64,000 nucleotides of DNA, from assembly GCA_040954595.2 (NCBI GenBank), contig CM082594.2, positions 6,271,962 to 6,335,961 on the forward strand. The letters are read 5' to 3'. A program made the translations under genes and the position numbers. Each line of letters opens with the position of its first letter. Within the stretch, counting starts at the first letter, position 1. Shown piece after piece: positions 1 to 14,400 of the stretch. The notes beneath the pieces are model-generated. The model saw nothing but the letters and a program-made list of their open reading frames with translations. It was not told where the DNA came from and did no database searches. This DNA comes from Balanoglossus misakiensis (lineage: Eukaryota > Animalia > Hemichordata).

Positions 1-805
1 GGGAATTTACCCGGATATTGCCTGCGATCGTCCAGCTGTGCCCAATCGTAAAGTTAGCCGATCGTGCAAGTGGCGAGTTCGGGTTGGTGGGAAAATTAAC
101 CGGAGCTGATGTTTGCGCGCTGTGTTTAATAGCCCCATTAATGGCGATTAAAAGTTTTTTTTTTTAATTTTCACTCGTGATGTCAGCATCCACCAGAAAA
201 ATAAATTCACAACAACAACATTAAATTTTCCCCGTCTTTCGGCAGCAGAACGTACTCCGCATGTCAACCTGCATCAAGTGGAGGTGTTTGGGGAAATCGT
301 GGCTATTTTTTTCGAAACAAAGTGCCGATCACCGGAAATTTAATAAATATAGTATACGTCTACCATCACATCATTACGATCAGTAAGTAATCAAGCGAAA
401 TTGTATTTTAACCTAATCACCCGGAATTAATATATTGTAAAAATAGAGTCCATTTCTGATTATGTTTTCTCGTATACTTAATAGCACCAGCTAAAACACG
501 GACGTGGCAAAGAAAATTACAGACTTGAATCGGGCATTGTGCAAATGTGTGAAATGGTGCTTAAATCCCCCCCCCCCCCCGTGGTCGCCGCTGTAGTAAT
601 AGCTCTTTGTAAGTCTGAGGATTATGCAGAAGAAATCATGTAAATAGCGATATTGCTATTTTTATATTTCGGGAGACAAATTTACATGAAGGAGAACAGT
701 TTAGAGTAATAGCAGCACTGCAAGAAAATGTTACTGCGTCGCAAGAACCTGTGCCATGCAAATTAAGCAAATCTGCATTTAAGGTTCACAGGTGCACGTA
801 CATAC

Positions 806-1508
806 CTCTGGAAACCATAGCTGCATTGTCAACTGCTCGGTGTTGTCTCTTGATGTCCTCTTCCGAGAAGTCTTCATGACCGGGACTAAATTCTTCAAAA
901 GCCGACACAACGATGTCGTTCATTGTGAGTTCCTCCCGTATCACCAGCGCAGCGCTTTTCCACAGATTCTCGTTGGAAGTGAGAATCGCAACGTGCGTCC
1001 AATTATAGTGTTGCAGGATGGACAGAAGGAATCCCGTCAGTTTCGTGTAGGGTGCCACCGTCCTGGCGAACGTCGGGTAGAGACCCTTGTCGCTGAGCGT
1101 CTTGCTGGCCGCTCCCCACGACACGTGCGGCAGTTGCCACTTGGCAGTCATCAGACCGGTCGGCTCGCACACCACGCTGCAGCCCGACCCGACGAAGGCG
1201 TCCACGCCCCTGCCGTCGAACTTCTGCGACCACAGGTCGATGGTGTGCCACAGTCCCACGCTGGCGGTACACTCGTCGTTGCGCCACGTGTAGGTGAGGT
1301 TGTGCCCTCCGCCGTGTATCGCCGAGAAGGCCGGATCGCCGTGGATATCGTCCAGGGCCACGTTGACGGCGCCGGCGACGGACGGCCCCACTCCCCAGAA
1401 GCCGTCCCACGGCAGCAGTACGCCTATGTGGAATTCCTTCCCGGAGGCAAAACACATCGACAGTAGCACCAAAACAGCGTCTATTATGATAGTCACCTTA
1501 CAACCCAT
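806..1508 (-). CDS. Gene A: first coding exon of a receptor guanylyl cyclase / natriuretic peptide receptor-like protein (signal peptide + N-terminal ANF-receptor ligand-binding domain); gene continues beyond window start
   Basis: ATG at 1508 is followed by a hydrophobic signal peptide (VTIIIDAVLVLLSMCFA). The exon then shows family motifs HIGVLLP, VDAFVGSGCSVVC, WQLPHVSWGAAS, LSDKGLYPTFART and HYNWTHVAIL. It ends ...VSR-G|GTATGT at a phase-1 donor (806/805). A downstream cyclase domain is inferred, not seen. Confidence 0.9.
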
Positions 1509-1680
1509 ATCACCACCGTTTTCATCAGCAGACTTCAAACATCTCGGAATCTTGACAGATGACTCTATTTGGTTTTACGGCTGCCGGTTCAGAACTTCCC
1601 TTTTATTGTGTTGACTTTAGTCTATAATTCCCTCACAAAGCACCTGCATCTAACGGAAAGGCAGGCGTTTGTACTGTACC
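1509..1680 (-). other. Probable 5' UTR portion of gene A first coding exon
   Basis: There is a strong acceptor on the minus strand (tttttcctccactttcag, ending at 1681). This implies a non-coding upstream exon; candidate GTAAGT donors lie at 2656-2651 and 2497-2492. Confidence 0.55.
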
Positions 1681-4539
1681 CTGAAAGTGGAGGAAAAAAC
1701 CATAAGAACATGGACTATCAGTAAATAATGTAATCGGTGTTCGGGGCCAAAGCCCCAGAGAATCTATCTACATGTATATAGTATACACTGTAGGCCAGCT
1801 TACCGTAACACGGTGTAAAACTGATGGCGATTCTTCACAAGCTAAATGCCGTCGAATAGGCAACAAGGCAACTTACAGAGAATTCTGCCGTCAGCGTCCC
1901 TGTTCTGAGCTTGAAAACCCGGGTAATAAAATGCAGATAGCGTGACATCAATCCTAGCTTTCTTATAATGACCAAATTACGCGAATTACGAGCGACCACG
2001 TGACACTTTAGGGGCGGGACGACATTCAGCCAAACTGGCATGATATGACTGTGTTCAGTTCTGCAATCACGTGAGTGAACAGGAGTCAACAGCCGCTCGC
2101 TGAATTATGAATCATAATTGTAGACGTACACCGCAGTACGTGTTCGCATTGAACAGTTGGTTTTCACGTGTTTGGCTGCTTTACATTATAGGGTATATAG
2201 TCCGCCTTGTTGCCGTCCCATACGTACGCGTATAGGCGCGCATAATGTAATTACCCGAATTTGAGTTCATAATTCTGCTTCGTATGCACATCAACGAGAA
2301 CTAAGACTAGTCGATAAGGAGGACGTTCATTTCTTCTTGATTTATGTCCGTAATTGCAATTAAATTATATCATTCCCGGGCGCCCGTCTACCTCAACCGT
2401 ATTCTGCTACACCTATTACAGAAACCACACATCAGAAATCCTAACACGAGAGGCACCGAGTAGTGTGGTTGCGTTGTTATCCTTCAATTATACTTACGTG
2501 TGAATGGTTATTAGAAGGGGCGACGGGGTTTGCGCAAGACGAGGTCAGTACCTGCCGTCTACGTCACTGGGTTCGCTTGGGGGAAATGTCCCGGTTAAAG
2601 GGTCTGGCATCTCCAGGTGTAATTGTCTTTCTTATGCAGATGATATTATCACTTACTTGGTGCCAAACAAATTCCGTTCCATTCAGTCGAGATTTTTTTT
2701 AAAATTAAACGCCAAAATTTCCCACCCGGACAGACACACAGTAGAATGAACAAACACTGGGTAAACGGGAAACACGGATACATAAATTAACGTCCTCGCT
2801 TGGATAAAATCCAAGTTTGCTGGTATGGTTGCAAGATGGCCACTCTCCGGCAGCCGCTATGGTGACAGAGCGTCAAACAAACCGCATTAAATCAGAGGTC
2901 ATTCACTTCATGGTTCTTTACAAACAGGTATCCACGGGGCCTGTTAGTCGAAATTCATCTGTCACATTGTGAGATTTTTGGTTCCTGAAAATGGCGAATT
3001 GGTGATAAGCGCTTTCTGTTCTTTATCTCCAATTCCATTAGTAATCTCTTCTGCTTTCGCCTGTGTCGTTCTCCGCGCCGACTTTCTTTTCGGTGTCACC
3101 GCAAAATAATTCGTTTACCCTGCGTTTTTTTTTCTTCAGCCGTCAACAGAGCGAGTCGTCCCTGTCCATTTGGCGACGATAACATCTAAAGGGTCGCTTC
3201 GCTCAATCACTTGATATATTTCAGCATGTTTTCGCCCGTGGTGACAAAATTAAGTGTAAGATGCGCCTCTCGATGCGCGTCCCAAGCGGCCAGACAGCGC
3301 TCTCTCTCACTGATTGCTTGTCAGGCCGGATAATGCCCCCTCTCAAATAAGAACTGTGCAGAAACAAGTGATCCGAAAACACTCATTAAAACAATGTCGC
3401 CGCATTCATACATATTATCAGATCCGCAGTTTATCTAGATAAATTTCGATTTGAGTATGAATAATTCAATGTACACGATCTTTGACAAACAAGGCTATCC
3501 CCTTTATTAACACGTGTGCTCATTTGTTAGCTTGTGGTCTCATTTGACTATTAATCTCTTTTCTGGCACGGCTGTCAGATATTAACCTGGGCATAGTCAA
3601 CCTGCCAGTTTTAGTGATGGGTCCATCATTCTGCCTGTAGTGGTAACGGAGTCCATTATTCTGACAATGATGTCACTACTGTCTTGTACTTGATTTCACA
3701 AGAACATTAGCAAAACTCTTCCATTCGCAGCCGCCAGGGAAATCACAATGTGACGACAATGATCTTAGTATTATCTCAGTGATCATAATACACGAAAAAG
3801 GTCAATGGTTAGAGAGTTTACCTCAGCTAGGTGCATAGAAAAGGATGTAGTTATAGCTAAACTCGAGTCTCTCCGTGCAGAGAGACTCAGTATATCAGGC
3901 AGTACACCGAAGACTCATCCAGATATATGGTTTGATGATCAAAACCGACATTGTATTGATTTCATCGGCTGTGTTTGCCCAAGCCGCGAACGGCGGTAAT
4001 TATAACTTTATCGATTTCCAGAAATTGGATTCCATATCTAGTTTTCCGTTCAGTGCAGAGTGACTTCGGCTCTCGGTTATGCTATCGTGCTGTCAGGAAG
4101 TTGGACACGCAACTCTTGGTTTCAGTAAACCATTTAAGTTGTTCTTTTATGATCGCGTGCATATCGAATAGTCAGCCTAATAATTCCGTCGTTAACAGAA
4201 AATCAAACATCGACCGCAGCTAGCGAATTTTATATTTATACATGTAGCTAATATTCAATTCGTTGTTACGAAGACACGCCGGGTTACGCACGACCGCACG
4301 AGGGCGCATGATAACGATTGGACCGTGGAAAAGTCTCGTTAATGACGTAAAAGGTCTGACATTCAAAACCGAAATTTTCCCTCGTGCACATGCGTCGTTA
4401 ACGGGCACAATAGAAAACGCTGATTGCTGTTAGACTTCCATCAATGAACAATATTGCATCTTGGGTCTCTTTTTATTCGAAATCTCCCGCAGCACTTGTG
4501 AACTTGAATAATTATGTGAGTGCCGGCAATTTTGTTTCG

Positions 4540-4830
4540 ACAGTCAGACCGTAATGACTTGATTGCAAGATATTTTTGTGACATCCGATCGCGTCACAAC
4601 AAAGTAGGAAAATTATGATGCCTTTGGTACTGTCGGGTTGCACTCTCCCAAGTTTGAGTGTCAAAGCCGGATATAACAACTTCAAGTTCTTGCTTTTCGC
4701 CGAACGCTGTGCGGTGAATGACCGCAGAGAGTTTCTCTCCATGCAGGCTGTTATTGATCTGCACGTGATAAAGCCAGTCGCATCTTCCCATTGCAAGCAA
4801 ACGGAGACTGGAGTCTACAGATAAACTCCG
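4540..4830 (-). mobile_element. Possible decayed LINE reverse-transcriptase C-terminal fragment
   Basis: Translation ...WLYHVQINNSLHGEKLSAV...LEVVISG...TWE resembles the Y.L.G..L..V...LGV.IS..L.W motif of CR1/L2-type RTs. This is by-eye similarity only. Confidence 0.3.
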
Positions 4831-7729
4831 ACCCAGACAAAGCACACACACACGATATTTCACTCAACTTTTATCTCTCCATGTTAAACCCGGGTACATT
4901 CGCTGTACAACCGAAGTATAGTAGAATACTGTGTGTACCGTAGACACAATGCGTGCAGTCTGTCCGTCGCCGCTACGAAAAACACACATCACAGGCATAC
5001 ACGCTACATTTCCGAAGTTTCTCGGGTGCCACCTGCGCATGCGATCATTTTCCGAGAACTGAATCCAGTAATATTGCTGGGATACATCCACTATGTATAA
5101 GACCTGTATATCAGCGACATCCGTCTTCAATCACGCACACGAATCTCTGATTTGGTTTCTACTGAAACGTATACCACAAGACACGAGTGTTGCGGACAAA
5201 TAATCACGCGACAGTTTAAGGGCACCCAGTGGGGGTTGTGCGTCAATATTTGACCACGCGCGGTGTTTTCCTTAAAATTTGCCTAATTGGTCGCTGGAAG
5301 GTCATTTCCGATCTCCCGCATGACCAAAGTTCACGGCACCGACGGCTCGAACATGCTCCGGACAAAAGCTAAAAGATTAGGGACAAATTCACTTAATTAG
5401 CCACTGGAACGATCAACAACGTCCCGAGCAAGTTCTGAGGACAAATCCCCTCGGAAAATGTCAACACAACCGAAAGCTTTTCGTCATATATTTTTTGTTT
5501 TGCTCGAAAAACTACAGGTACGTCGATTCCAACGTACACTGTATAACGGCTCACGCACCCACTGTGTTTTAACTGTAGTGGGGAAGACTAGTGATGCTAA
5601 AATGCTGAGTATGTTGACAAAAACACAGCTAATCGGGCTGTAATGAGGTAAAATGTTAAGCTCGCTGTCCTCCGTCCAGAGTGGCGTCTTTGTTTTGTCT
5701 GGTTAATCAAAATTTAACGTCATCTGAGGGGATATTTGTGGGATTAGCTGAAGCGAACCGGTTACCGAGAATAAATAAATAAGTAACCACGGTTGAACGA
5801 AAAACAGCCACCATTTGTGTTTGTTCCTTGTATTGTCGCTTCATTGGTTTTCGATTATCGACGAGCGATTGCGCAGGTAAACCCGCACGTTTGGGGTGGG
5901 GTGGGGGGCAGTGGACCATTTATTTGACAAAATGTCGAGCGAGCTTAACATAAGCAATTAACGTGACTTGGCGTGTAAACTTCACTTGTATTGTCCTTGT
6001 GGACGAGGAACCCAACTATTTTCAGATGGGCCCATCCATAGAACACCGAAGCAGTCTAGAGAACTCACAAAGAATTATTTTGTGATCGTGTTACTCGTGC
6101 AAAATAAAAATAAATGTCCGATCGTTTCATGCTCCCACCAGCCAAATGCCAGGGGTGGCGAATCTGGATCGGGCTAAAGAACCAGGCTGAGGGTCACATT
6201 CTAACCTTAACCCAACTAAAAAGACGCCGTAATCTCTGCATAATGCCAGCGTTAAAATGTACAAAACTCACCTTTTTGATCCAATTGCAAAATAATTAAC
6301 AACGCCGAAAATGTCGGTAAAAGAGCTTCTTGGAGATTATCAATATCATCAATCCTTCAGTGTGGCTAGAATGACTACGTTGGCGTCCGACTCAAACTAA
6401 TATAGTTAGGAAACTCGTTAACTTCCACTTATAATCAAAAAAGTCAAAGGACGGAACTATACTCACTTCCGTACCCTTCTGAGAAGGGGGCCACTCACAA
6501 TGAACAAAGTGACGTTTGGGATGGTCCCAGCAGGACAATAGTGTTTATAAACAAAGGTGACTTGGGGAGACGGACCAAAGCCGCACCGTCCGCAACAGGT
6601 TTTGTTATCTTTGATCGATGAAGCGATACGACTATATTTTCCGTGTTTTGAGTATCCACTGCTTTGTTGCTATGGTGACGGGCATACCATGCAGTGCATA
6701 ACACTTTGGACTTTATTCCTGTAGAGTTATGTTTTAGTGTGGGGGGTACATTGTGCATATACGTATACTGGTGCATTTATGACGCTACCCAGGGCTGATT
6801 CAATGGGTACGCATACGGACATTTTTACCAAGGAACATATAAAAGTATTCCAAGGTATACATACCTTGAAGATTGACAGTGCCTTTTATCATTGTGTTCT
6901 GGATCGTGTGTTGGAGCACAGGCAAAAAGGAGCCAGGTGAGAATATAAGGAAATTGCATTTTCATAACCTGGACTGGACTACACGCTCACGCCTATACGC
7001 TAACTTCGTAAATAACCACTCCACTTCCGGACTTCGTCGAAACCCGATCAAAACACCCGATGATCGAGTGAACCACCTATAGTGAGTTCAAGAGGCTTCA
7101 CAGGTGGGCAGCAGTGACGTCACTTCTGGAACTCTGTCATGGCGCAACAATGCATGACACACATGTGTGGTGGCCACCGCACCGTGGCCCAAACAATGCA
7201 CAATACGACGAACTTGGGCGTGAACACAGACATTGCAGGTGTACACAGCAACAACTGCGGTAAATCACAACTGCGCTTGTTTGTGTGTCCGGGCGACAGA
7301 CTCAGACGTCACAGTGGTCACCTCGCTACCTACCACAGGTGAGGATGAATGTAGGGGACTTGAAAAAAAAGCGTGTCAAGAAGTACCCAAAATAAGAATT
7401 GAAAGGCTGCAACTCGACAGCATGTAGCTGTGGATTTGAATACATGTACACTACTTCGGAGTCAACAAGCTTACTTACCCTAACACAGTGGCACTTCAGC
7501 TATAAAAAACGTCTGAGGTGTGCATGGATTTTCTCCCAATTCCCACAATATTACCAGCAGCACTATCATAGAAAATACTGACCACTGCTTAGAGCCGCGC
7601 AGCACGTTTACAGGCCTATGCAGTACTACTATATTGACTAGGTCATCTTTTTAAGTTGTCGGGACCCTTCAAAACTGTGGGTGGGAAGGGGAAATTAAAA
7701 GAAAATAATTTTGTGAGTTTGACGCAGTG

Positions 7730-9550
7730 TTGACAAGAAGGTAATATTGCCAATTCCTTCAACCCCAAGTAGATGTTTATTGCCACGACCCAGCGTAAAA
7801 TTTTTACGAGGCATTGAAGCGGGATTGAACTTGGCGATGCAGAAATCATCGCTGTTGACGACGAGTTGTTCTGTGGTGAAAATACCGCAGGGAGAGGTAC
7901 CAGTGCCACGGACAAGGTAGTTTGCTGTTGATTTACGTTTTGTAAGTATATGCACTTATAAAAACTACGGAATGATTTTAAACTGTCCCGATATCAACGT
8001 CTTTATTTTCGAACCAGCAACGTACATGTACGCACCCTATATACTACAGGATGTTGTCTTGCACAGTAGCAGAAAACGGCGCAAAGCGACGCACACTTTA
8101 CAGCTCTGAAGAAGTACTTAAGTTTGACTGTGCTCGCTCTCAAGATTTGACGTTGCTGGTCATAAAAGCCGTTCACCGCTAGGTTGGAATAGAGGAAACC
8201 AAATGTTGTCACTCGGCAACGCTGTCGATAAAAGACATTGAAAGGCCGGACGCCTCGCCTTCAATACCGGCGAAATCACACAGACGCGTCATGATATACT
8301 AGTATACAGTACACGATAGAGCTATGACGGTGAAAGTGAGCGCACCTCGTCATATATAATACGATTTCCTCTATTAGCCATCTCCACACACAAAACAAAA
8401 TAAAACATTACCTATAATCATACCGTTTGGGTCGAACTCATGGTGATATCCCAGTGTCAGATCAAGTTTAAAGGACCCCAAACAGAGAAAATCATTTCAG
8501 GGTCCACTTGGTTACGTACACAATACCAGTATACCAAATTAACGAATACCACACATAGCAAGCTGTGACCTCATTGATGAGCGGACTGAGGTCACATTTG
8601 GGTGTTCATTACTTGCCAATTTGCACGCGTAAATTTAATTAAAAGACGCAGGGTAAAGTTTGAGAGACTCACCTATGGATATCCTAGCAACCGTCGAGTG
8701 AAGCGCTCGAAGGTGTGGGTTTGTCTGGTTCACGCGCACGCGTACGTTGTTATTTGCTATGTCGCAGCTTTGTCTAGGAGCGTTGAACGCGTAAAAATTA
8801 AAGCGAGACCCAGCTCCGAGTGGTGGGGCGGCTGCCCCGCTGGTCACCGACCTTCTAAATTAAGGAGCCCTGCTCCCCCTTGTTTTATTTCACGGTCATG
8901 AAGGTCGCGCTGATTGGTCGTAATTTCTGCGATCACTTTCCAATGTTTTTGCTTCAGAGCGAAAATATTACCCCGGGGAGTGGTGAAGTCGCCGTTTAAC
9001 GCTACACCACTCGACATGTGTTTGGATTGTAGGGTCGCCACCGTCCACATAGCTGAGCGTTGCCTTCGTGACTTCTCCGATAACGAGTTTGAAATTTTCC
9101 ACCAACTGCTCAAAGCAGTGGGGCTTCTTTGCCGCCACAAAACCAGACTCGGTTTTACTTTTCTCGACAGGAACGATAAAGAGTCACCACGAGGCATCAA
9201 CAATCATCATTTGTACAGAAAATAACTTTTTCAACTTTCATGAAGTTAGCTTTAGGTAGACCATACCGCGGATCTACTCGTTCGATTTGCATGCGGATCG
9301 GCAAATTGTTGAGTCTGACGGAGTTCTGGGCGCACTCTCATCGGAAGAGTAGACACATATCACCGCAGTTTTGCCTATGACACCTCTTATTTCTGACCAT
9401 CGAACTTTCGTACTTTTACCCCAACGTACATGCAAGCACCTCCGGCCTTTGGCTCATCATTTTGCAGGAAATGTAGAAATGCGCGTAGCCAGAAGTGTAG
9501 ACTTTTGACCCACTATCTACAGAACTGTACTAATGGATTGTGCTTGGCAG
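7730..9550 (-). mobile_element. Decayed non-LTR retrotransposon (CR1/L2-like) remnant
   Basis: Minus-strand fragments occur in the expected order. Endonuclease-like: GY...KAGGACMYVG...EVS*AKLR (about 9500-9360), FEQLV and FTTPRGNI (about 9120-8960). RT N-terminal-like: VALVPLP...IPLQCLVKILRWVVA..IY..LKELAILPSCQH (about 7915-7730). Many stops and frameshifts are present. Confidence 0.45.
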
Positions 9551-10442
9551 TTTGAACTGCCTTGGGTACACATGTACCGATTCAGAGCGGAGTGTCCCCT
9601 GTCGCCAGAATCAATTGAAACCATTTTTCGGTTATCGACTGGTGGTGGTGATGATTGTTGTTAATCAGTGCACCTGCCAATGTCTTTTGAATCACTGGTG
9701 ATAGGTTAGAAACCTTACACACACTCTCGATGCCTACTGTGCCCAGTATAGGCAAGCGAAATCAGTCTACATCTATCAAGATAGTGTTAACTCCGTAGAA
9801 GGTACACTTACTACAAGGCCGCTAGACCACGTGTCACGTTCCAAATGGCAATCGTTCACACCACTTCCAGCACCGCAGTGTAGAAAAGTGTGCTGTGAGC
9901 TGTCGTGAAACACTTTACCGGTCGGTAAACACTTGACCACCCTTGAGAGAGTGAAAACATGTATCGTGGTGCCGACAGGCGAGATATATACCTCGAATGC
10001 TTCGCTCTGTCACAGTGATGGATGGGGTCTGTTTGACCACTGCGGCGTGAAGTCGGGCGCAACCCGGATCTCGAGAAATTTCATTCCAGCGTATAGATTT
10101 CTATGTGGCTTTAGATCTGAAATATTTTATCGCATTGTGTCTCGGGGTAATTTTCGTGTTGTGGCATGATGAAGTTAATGAAGGCAAAGTTACGCCTTCT
10201 TTGGCAAGCAGAGTGATACTTTCGTTGCACAAAAGCTGAATGAATTTAACACAGCTCGCTTGACAGGAACAATCGCGCCTGCAAATATTTTCAATCATTC
10301 ATCACGATTATCGTTTTGTCGGCTAGCCCATGAAGGCTCGAATTTCAGTGGGCAAACTTTGGCTTTGATTGAAAGTTATTTCTCTGTGTGTGAAAAATCA
10401 TATATACTAGTACGTCACCGTGCCCGAGAAGAAACTGAGAAT

Positions 10443-11412
10443 ACATGTACAAACGAGTATTATGATTCACAAGCGTTACTTTTTCAGACCAAGGATAAAA
10501 CACCTGGTACGTTAAATTCACCAGCCCACGGTCACTGCACATCTATGGTGTGACCGTGCCCATCAATGTCACTGACATCGTTTGCACCAGGAACTTTCGT
10601 TTCAGGGACTGTGACGAAGAGATGTCGAGTCATAGTCAGTGAGCGCATTTACATCATAAAATGATAAATTAGGTTAATTTACAATTATAAACTAAAACAT
10701 GTGTCACCATATTCGTTCGTGTGCCTAGGGCCTGTTTAGACTCAAATCTGAAATAAACAGACCGCTGTTGCTAGGTTTCTTGACGTGAAAAATTGTTAAG
10801 TTCCCCTCCCATTAGAATCATGCTAAAGCATTCGGCGTGTTTGACTAAGTCATTATTATTGACTACTTGTGCAGATCATTGCGATGATATACATGTATAT
10901 CCAACTTGAACATCGCTGTAAAAATAACATGTACAAACGAGTATTATGATTCACAAGCGTTACTTTTTCAGACCAAGGATAAAACACCTGGTACGTTAAA
11001 TTCACCAGCCCACGGTCACTGCACATCTATGGTGTGACCGTGCCCATCAATGTCACTGACATCGTTTGCACCAGGAACTTTCGTTTCAGGGACTGTGACG
11101 AAGAGATGTCGAGTCATAGTCAGTGAGCGCATTTACATCATAAAATGATAAATTAGGTTAATTTACAATTATAAACTAAAACATGTGTCACCATATTCGT
11201 TCGTGTGCCTAGGGCCTGTTTAGACTCAAATCTGAAATAAACAGACCGCTGTTGCTAGGTTTCTTGACGTGAAAAATTGTTAAGTTCCCCTCCCATTAGA
11301 ATCATGCTAAAGCATTCGGCGTGTTTGACTAAGTCATTATTATTGACTACTTGTGCAGATCATTGCGATGATATACATGTATATCCAACTTGAACATCGC
11401 TGTAAAAATAAC
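10443..11412. repeat. Head-to-tail tandem duplication, 2 x 484 bp
   Basis: The block acatgtacaaacgagtattatg...catcgctgtaaaaata occurs at 10443-10926 and again at 10927-11410. It appears identical by eye and has a 2-bp 'ac' junction microhomology. Confidence 0.95.
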
Positions 11413-14400
11413 CAGTGCGTACTCACCTTACAAAAGACAGATCGACGACAAATCCTATAGGCGTGTTGGTGATAGGGCCTAGAATTCGGGTGATCTTTTG
11501 GTTTAACGGAAGACCCCAAAACCAGTGCGTAATACCCGATCCCTGCGCGTGACAGTACTGAAATGCCAAATCTGTTTTCATACGCTATACTAAGTATCTA
11601 TCATGTTGCTTACTTTGGCAAATCCTACTGAGTGTCTGTATAATTGTGCGTCACTGTGTGTCAGTGGGTTCACGTGGGAGTGAATGCACTCGAAGGCCTT
11701 CTTCAGTAAGAGTGATTGTAGAACACACAATGGCAGACAAACAAGCTTATTATTCTTCTCGCATGTTTACCCACTTTATTTTCTCATCATTGTGTTTTAA
11801 ACCATCCTAATGCGTGTGACAGTTTCTTTTTTATGGGTGGGTGGGGGGGGGGGTAAAGACGTTCGACTATGCGTGCCTAATTGGAGCCATGCAGTCTGCA
11901 AGTTCACATGTATTGTAGTCGTGCGTTTCTACTATAGAAAGCACACGTGGGAAAGGGAAATTGTAAATATAGTTTAAACTTCTCTTTGCGTTTGTTGAAT
12001 TGGATGTAAGTCAAAGCGCTACGGCCTTGCGCCGCAGCGTCGTCGATGGGAAGGCGTGTATCGGACTACGATGAAAACAAAAAAGTAGGCTATCCCTTGA
12101 GGCTATAACACAAACAATATTAGGCCCCTATACATCAACTTTTTTACTCCGTTGGCATAGGCTGTAATAGCAATCCTTTGTGCTTGCAGACCATGTTTGC
12201 TTGTGGGAGGTTAGGCCTAGGCCTGACATGAACGAATCGAGGTCTCTGTGCCCATAGTTTTTTTATTTTAAGATTTCTAACTAATCACCCACTCAACGAT
12301 GGCTGACGACGCGCTCGGCATTTGCGCGTTTGCATGTTTTGATGAAATGGTCTCCATGGCAGCAGTGATGTAGCTGAGATAACCGAGATCGGTTGGTCCT
12401 TCTGGCGAGACGCATGTATCCCGCTATTAGCCCGCGAGGTACGTGGATCATGCCACAAACAAAGGTACCTTGATGTCATATCAGCTGAACCAATTACGGC
12501 TAGAAGTTGCCAACAGGTGAATCTTCCCTTTCTGCGATCGCCATGGTAACCAATGAACACGAAACAGTGATGACACTCGTGATACTGATTTCAAAGTGCA
12601 TTTAGCCTACCTTCGGGGCGTGTGCGGTATTCTATCGCACACTTTGATGACGAAAGGTCAAATATGAGCACGCCAGTCGCATCGAACGTTTTCTCTAACC
12701 TTACAGGTGGATCAATAAGAGCCTGCTAATAGGGGAAAATAAATGCGTTCACTTACTTTACTGTTATGAAATATGGTTTTTATTGGAGTACTTTAGCCAG
12801 ATCTCACATGACGCTGAATTTTTACACCCGTAGAATGCATGATTACACCGCGCATAAACTTAAGTTTTGGTACAATTGAAAGTTCGTATATCTTATTTCA
12901 CTAAACTGGCTCGCAAAGGACCATGGGTAGTTGCGCGCACAACGTCACCCACGTGCGTGTAGTCTGCTACGAACCGTTCTACTATGGCATATTTTCAGCG
13001 GAAATGTCACGCAAAATGCAGAGGCATTGTGTTCAGAGAACTATTACAGTGTGAAGAAACTACCCGTGGTATAAATACGGGATTTTTGCAGAAATTTTAC
13101 CTAAAATTCAGGCCAAAGAGGCTAGCTAGTCAGCTACATGTATTTTAGCTTCTACTCTAGCAACGCACATGGTTCCAGCAATGGAGCATAGTAGCAGAAC
13201 GGTTAACAAACACCCAAACTAAGGTTAGTGATTTAATTGACACCGTAGGCTATGAATTTAAAACTATTTATATCTGGTAGAAGCCTGTAAACACAGACAG
13301 AATTTCTGAATTTTTGTGGGAACGCTGTCTGGTGACCACAGTGACTCTGCAGTACTGTATAGGGTGTGTTGAAGGAAATGTAACATTGTGTCAATTTCTG
13401 TCTGCATGTCCCGCGTCGGTGACCTGCTTTCAAAACAAGGTCAACACACGTTTCTTTTTTGCATCTATTACAGCTAAAATCAACCCGTCAGAGACACAGA
13501 AAACACCAGAATTGAACAAGTACAAGTGGTATTAATCTATGGACCCACAGGTATGTACATGATCTTTGCTATTGCCGGGAAACTGGCGCTTTGCATTATA
13601 TTCACAACATCTCGCTGGTTGGATGAAAGTTTATCGCCTGCTCTATTATGTATACGACCCATCCAGTGAGAACTAGATTTAGTCTCTCTGGTTGTTGACT
13701 CAATGCAAACACAAGGAAAGAATGAAATAAAAATGCTAAGTAACATTATGAAATAAAAATGTAAACATAAATAAATTAAATTGCTAACATAAAATAAGTT
13801 TTCATAGAGTCAAGCAATGGGCCACTATTTCAGTCAGAAACTTCATTGAATAGTATAATGAGGTCAGTCACAGAAGATTCACAATGAGTCATGATCACAA
13901 AAAAGACCATGCATGAAAAAGAACTTTTGAAGACGCCAAAATCTACCACTCAAAACTGACGGTAGAAACTTCAAGATTGGCAGAAGATTATGAAAAACTA
14001 CTCACCGATCAGTCAATCATCTTGCAAGTTCTTACGAACATCTGTTCGGTCTACCTGACGTTTGAGTTTACCCGCTTTTGCAGTAACGTCTAGGTGAACA
14101 TAGGCCTACTGGGGGGAACTGGAGTCGATTCCAAATGTCAAACACGAATGCAGAAGTGAAATGGTTTATCAGCAAAGGAATCCATCAGCGATCGTTGTCG
14201 CTTTTGTGTAATGTCTACTCCCCGTGGCGCGGCTCTGAAATGAAGAGAACGCGTGGTGTATGTAGTGGTTACAGGTCCTTTCGAATCAGCTGTGAACCAA
14301 TGCGGTTGAACCAGATGACCCACTATTTAAAGTTGGACCCTCACATAGTACTGCCAATTATTCAACATATATAATCTAAGTCTCTTGTGAAAAGGTGCGT

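Noticed and set aside
792-1466. 224-aa plus-strand ORF and other overlapping ORFs
   Set aside because: These are antisense or alternate-frame shadows of the GC-rich gene A exon, with no recognisable motifs.
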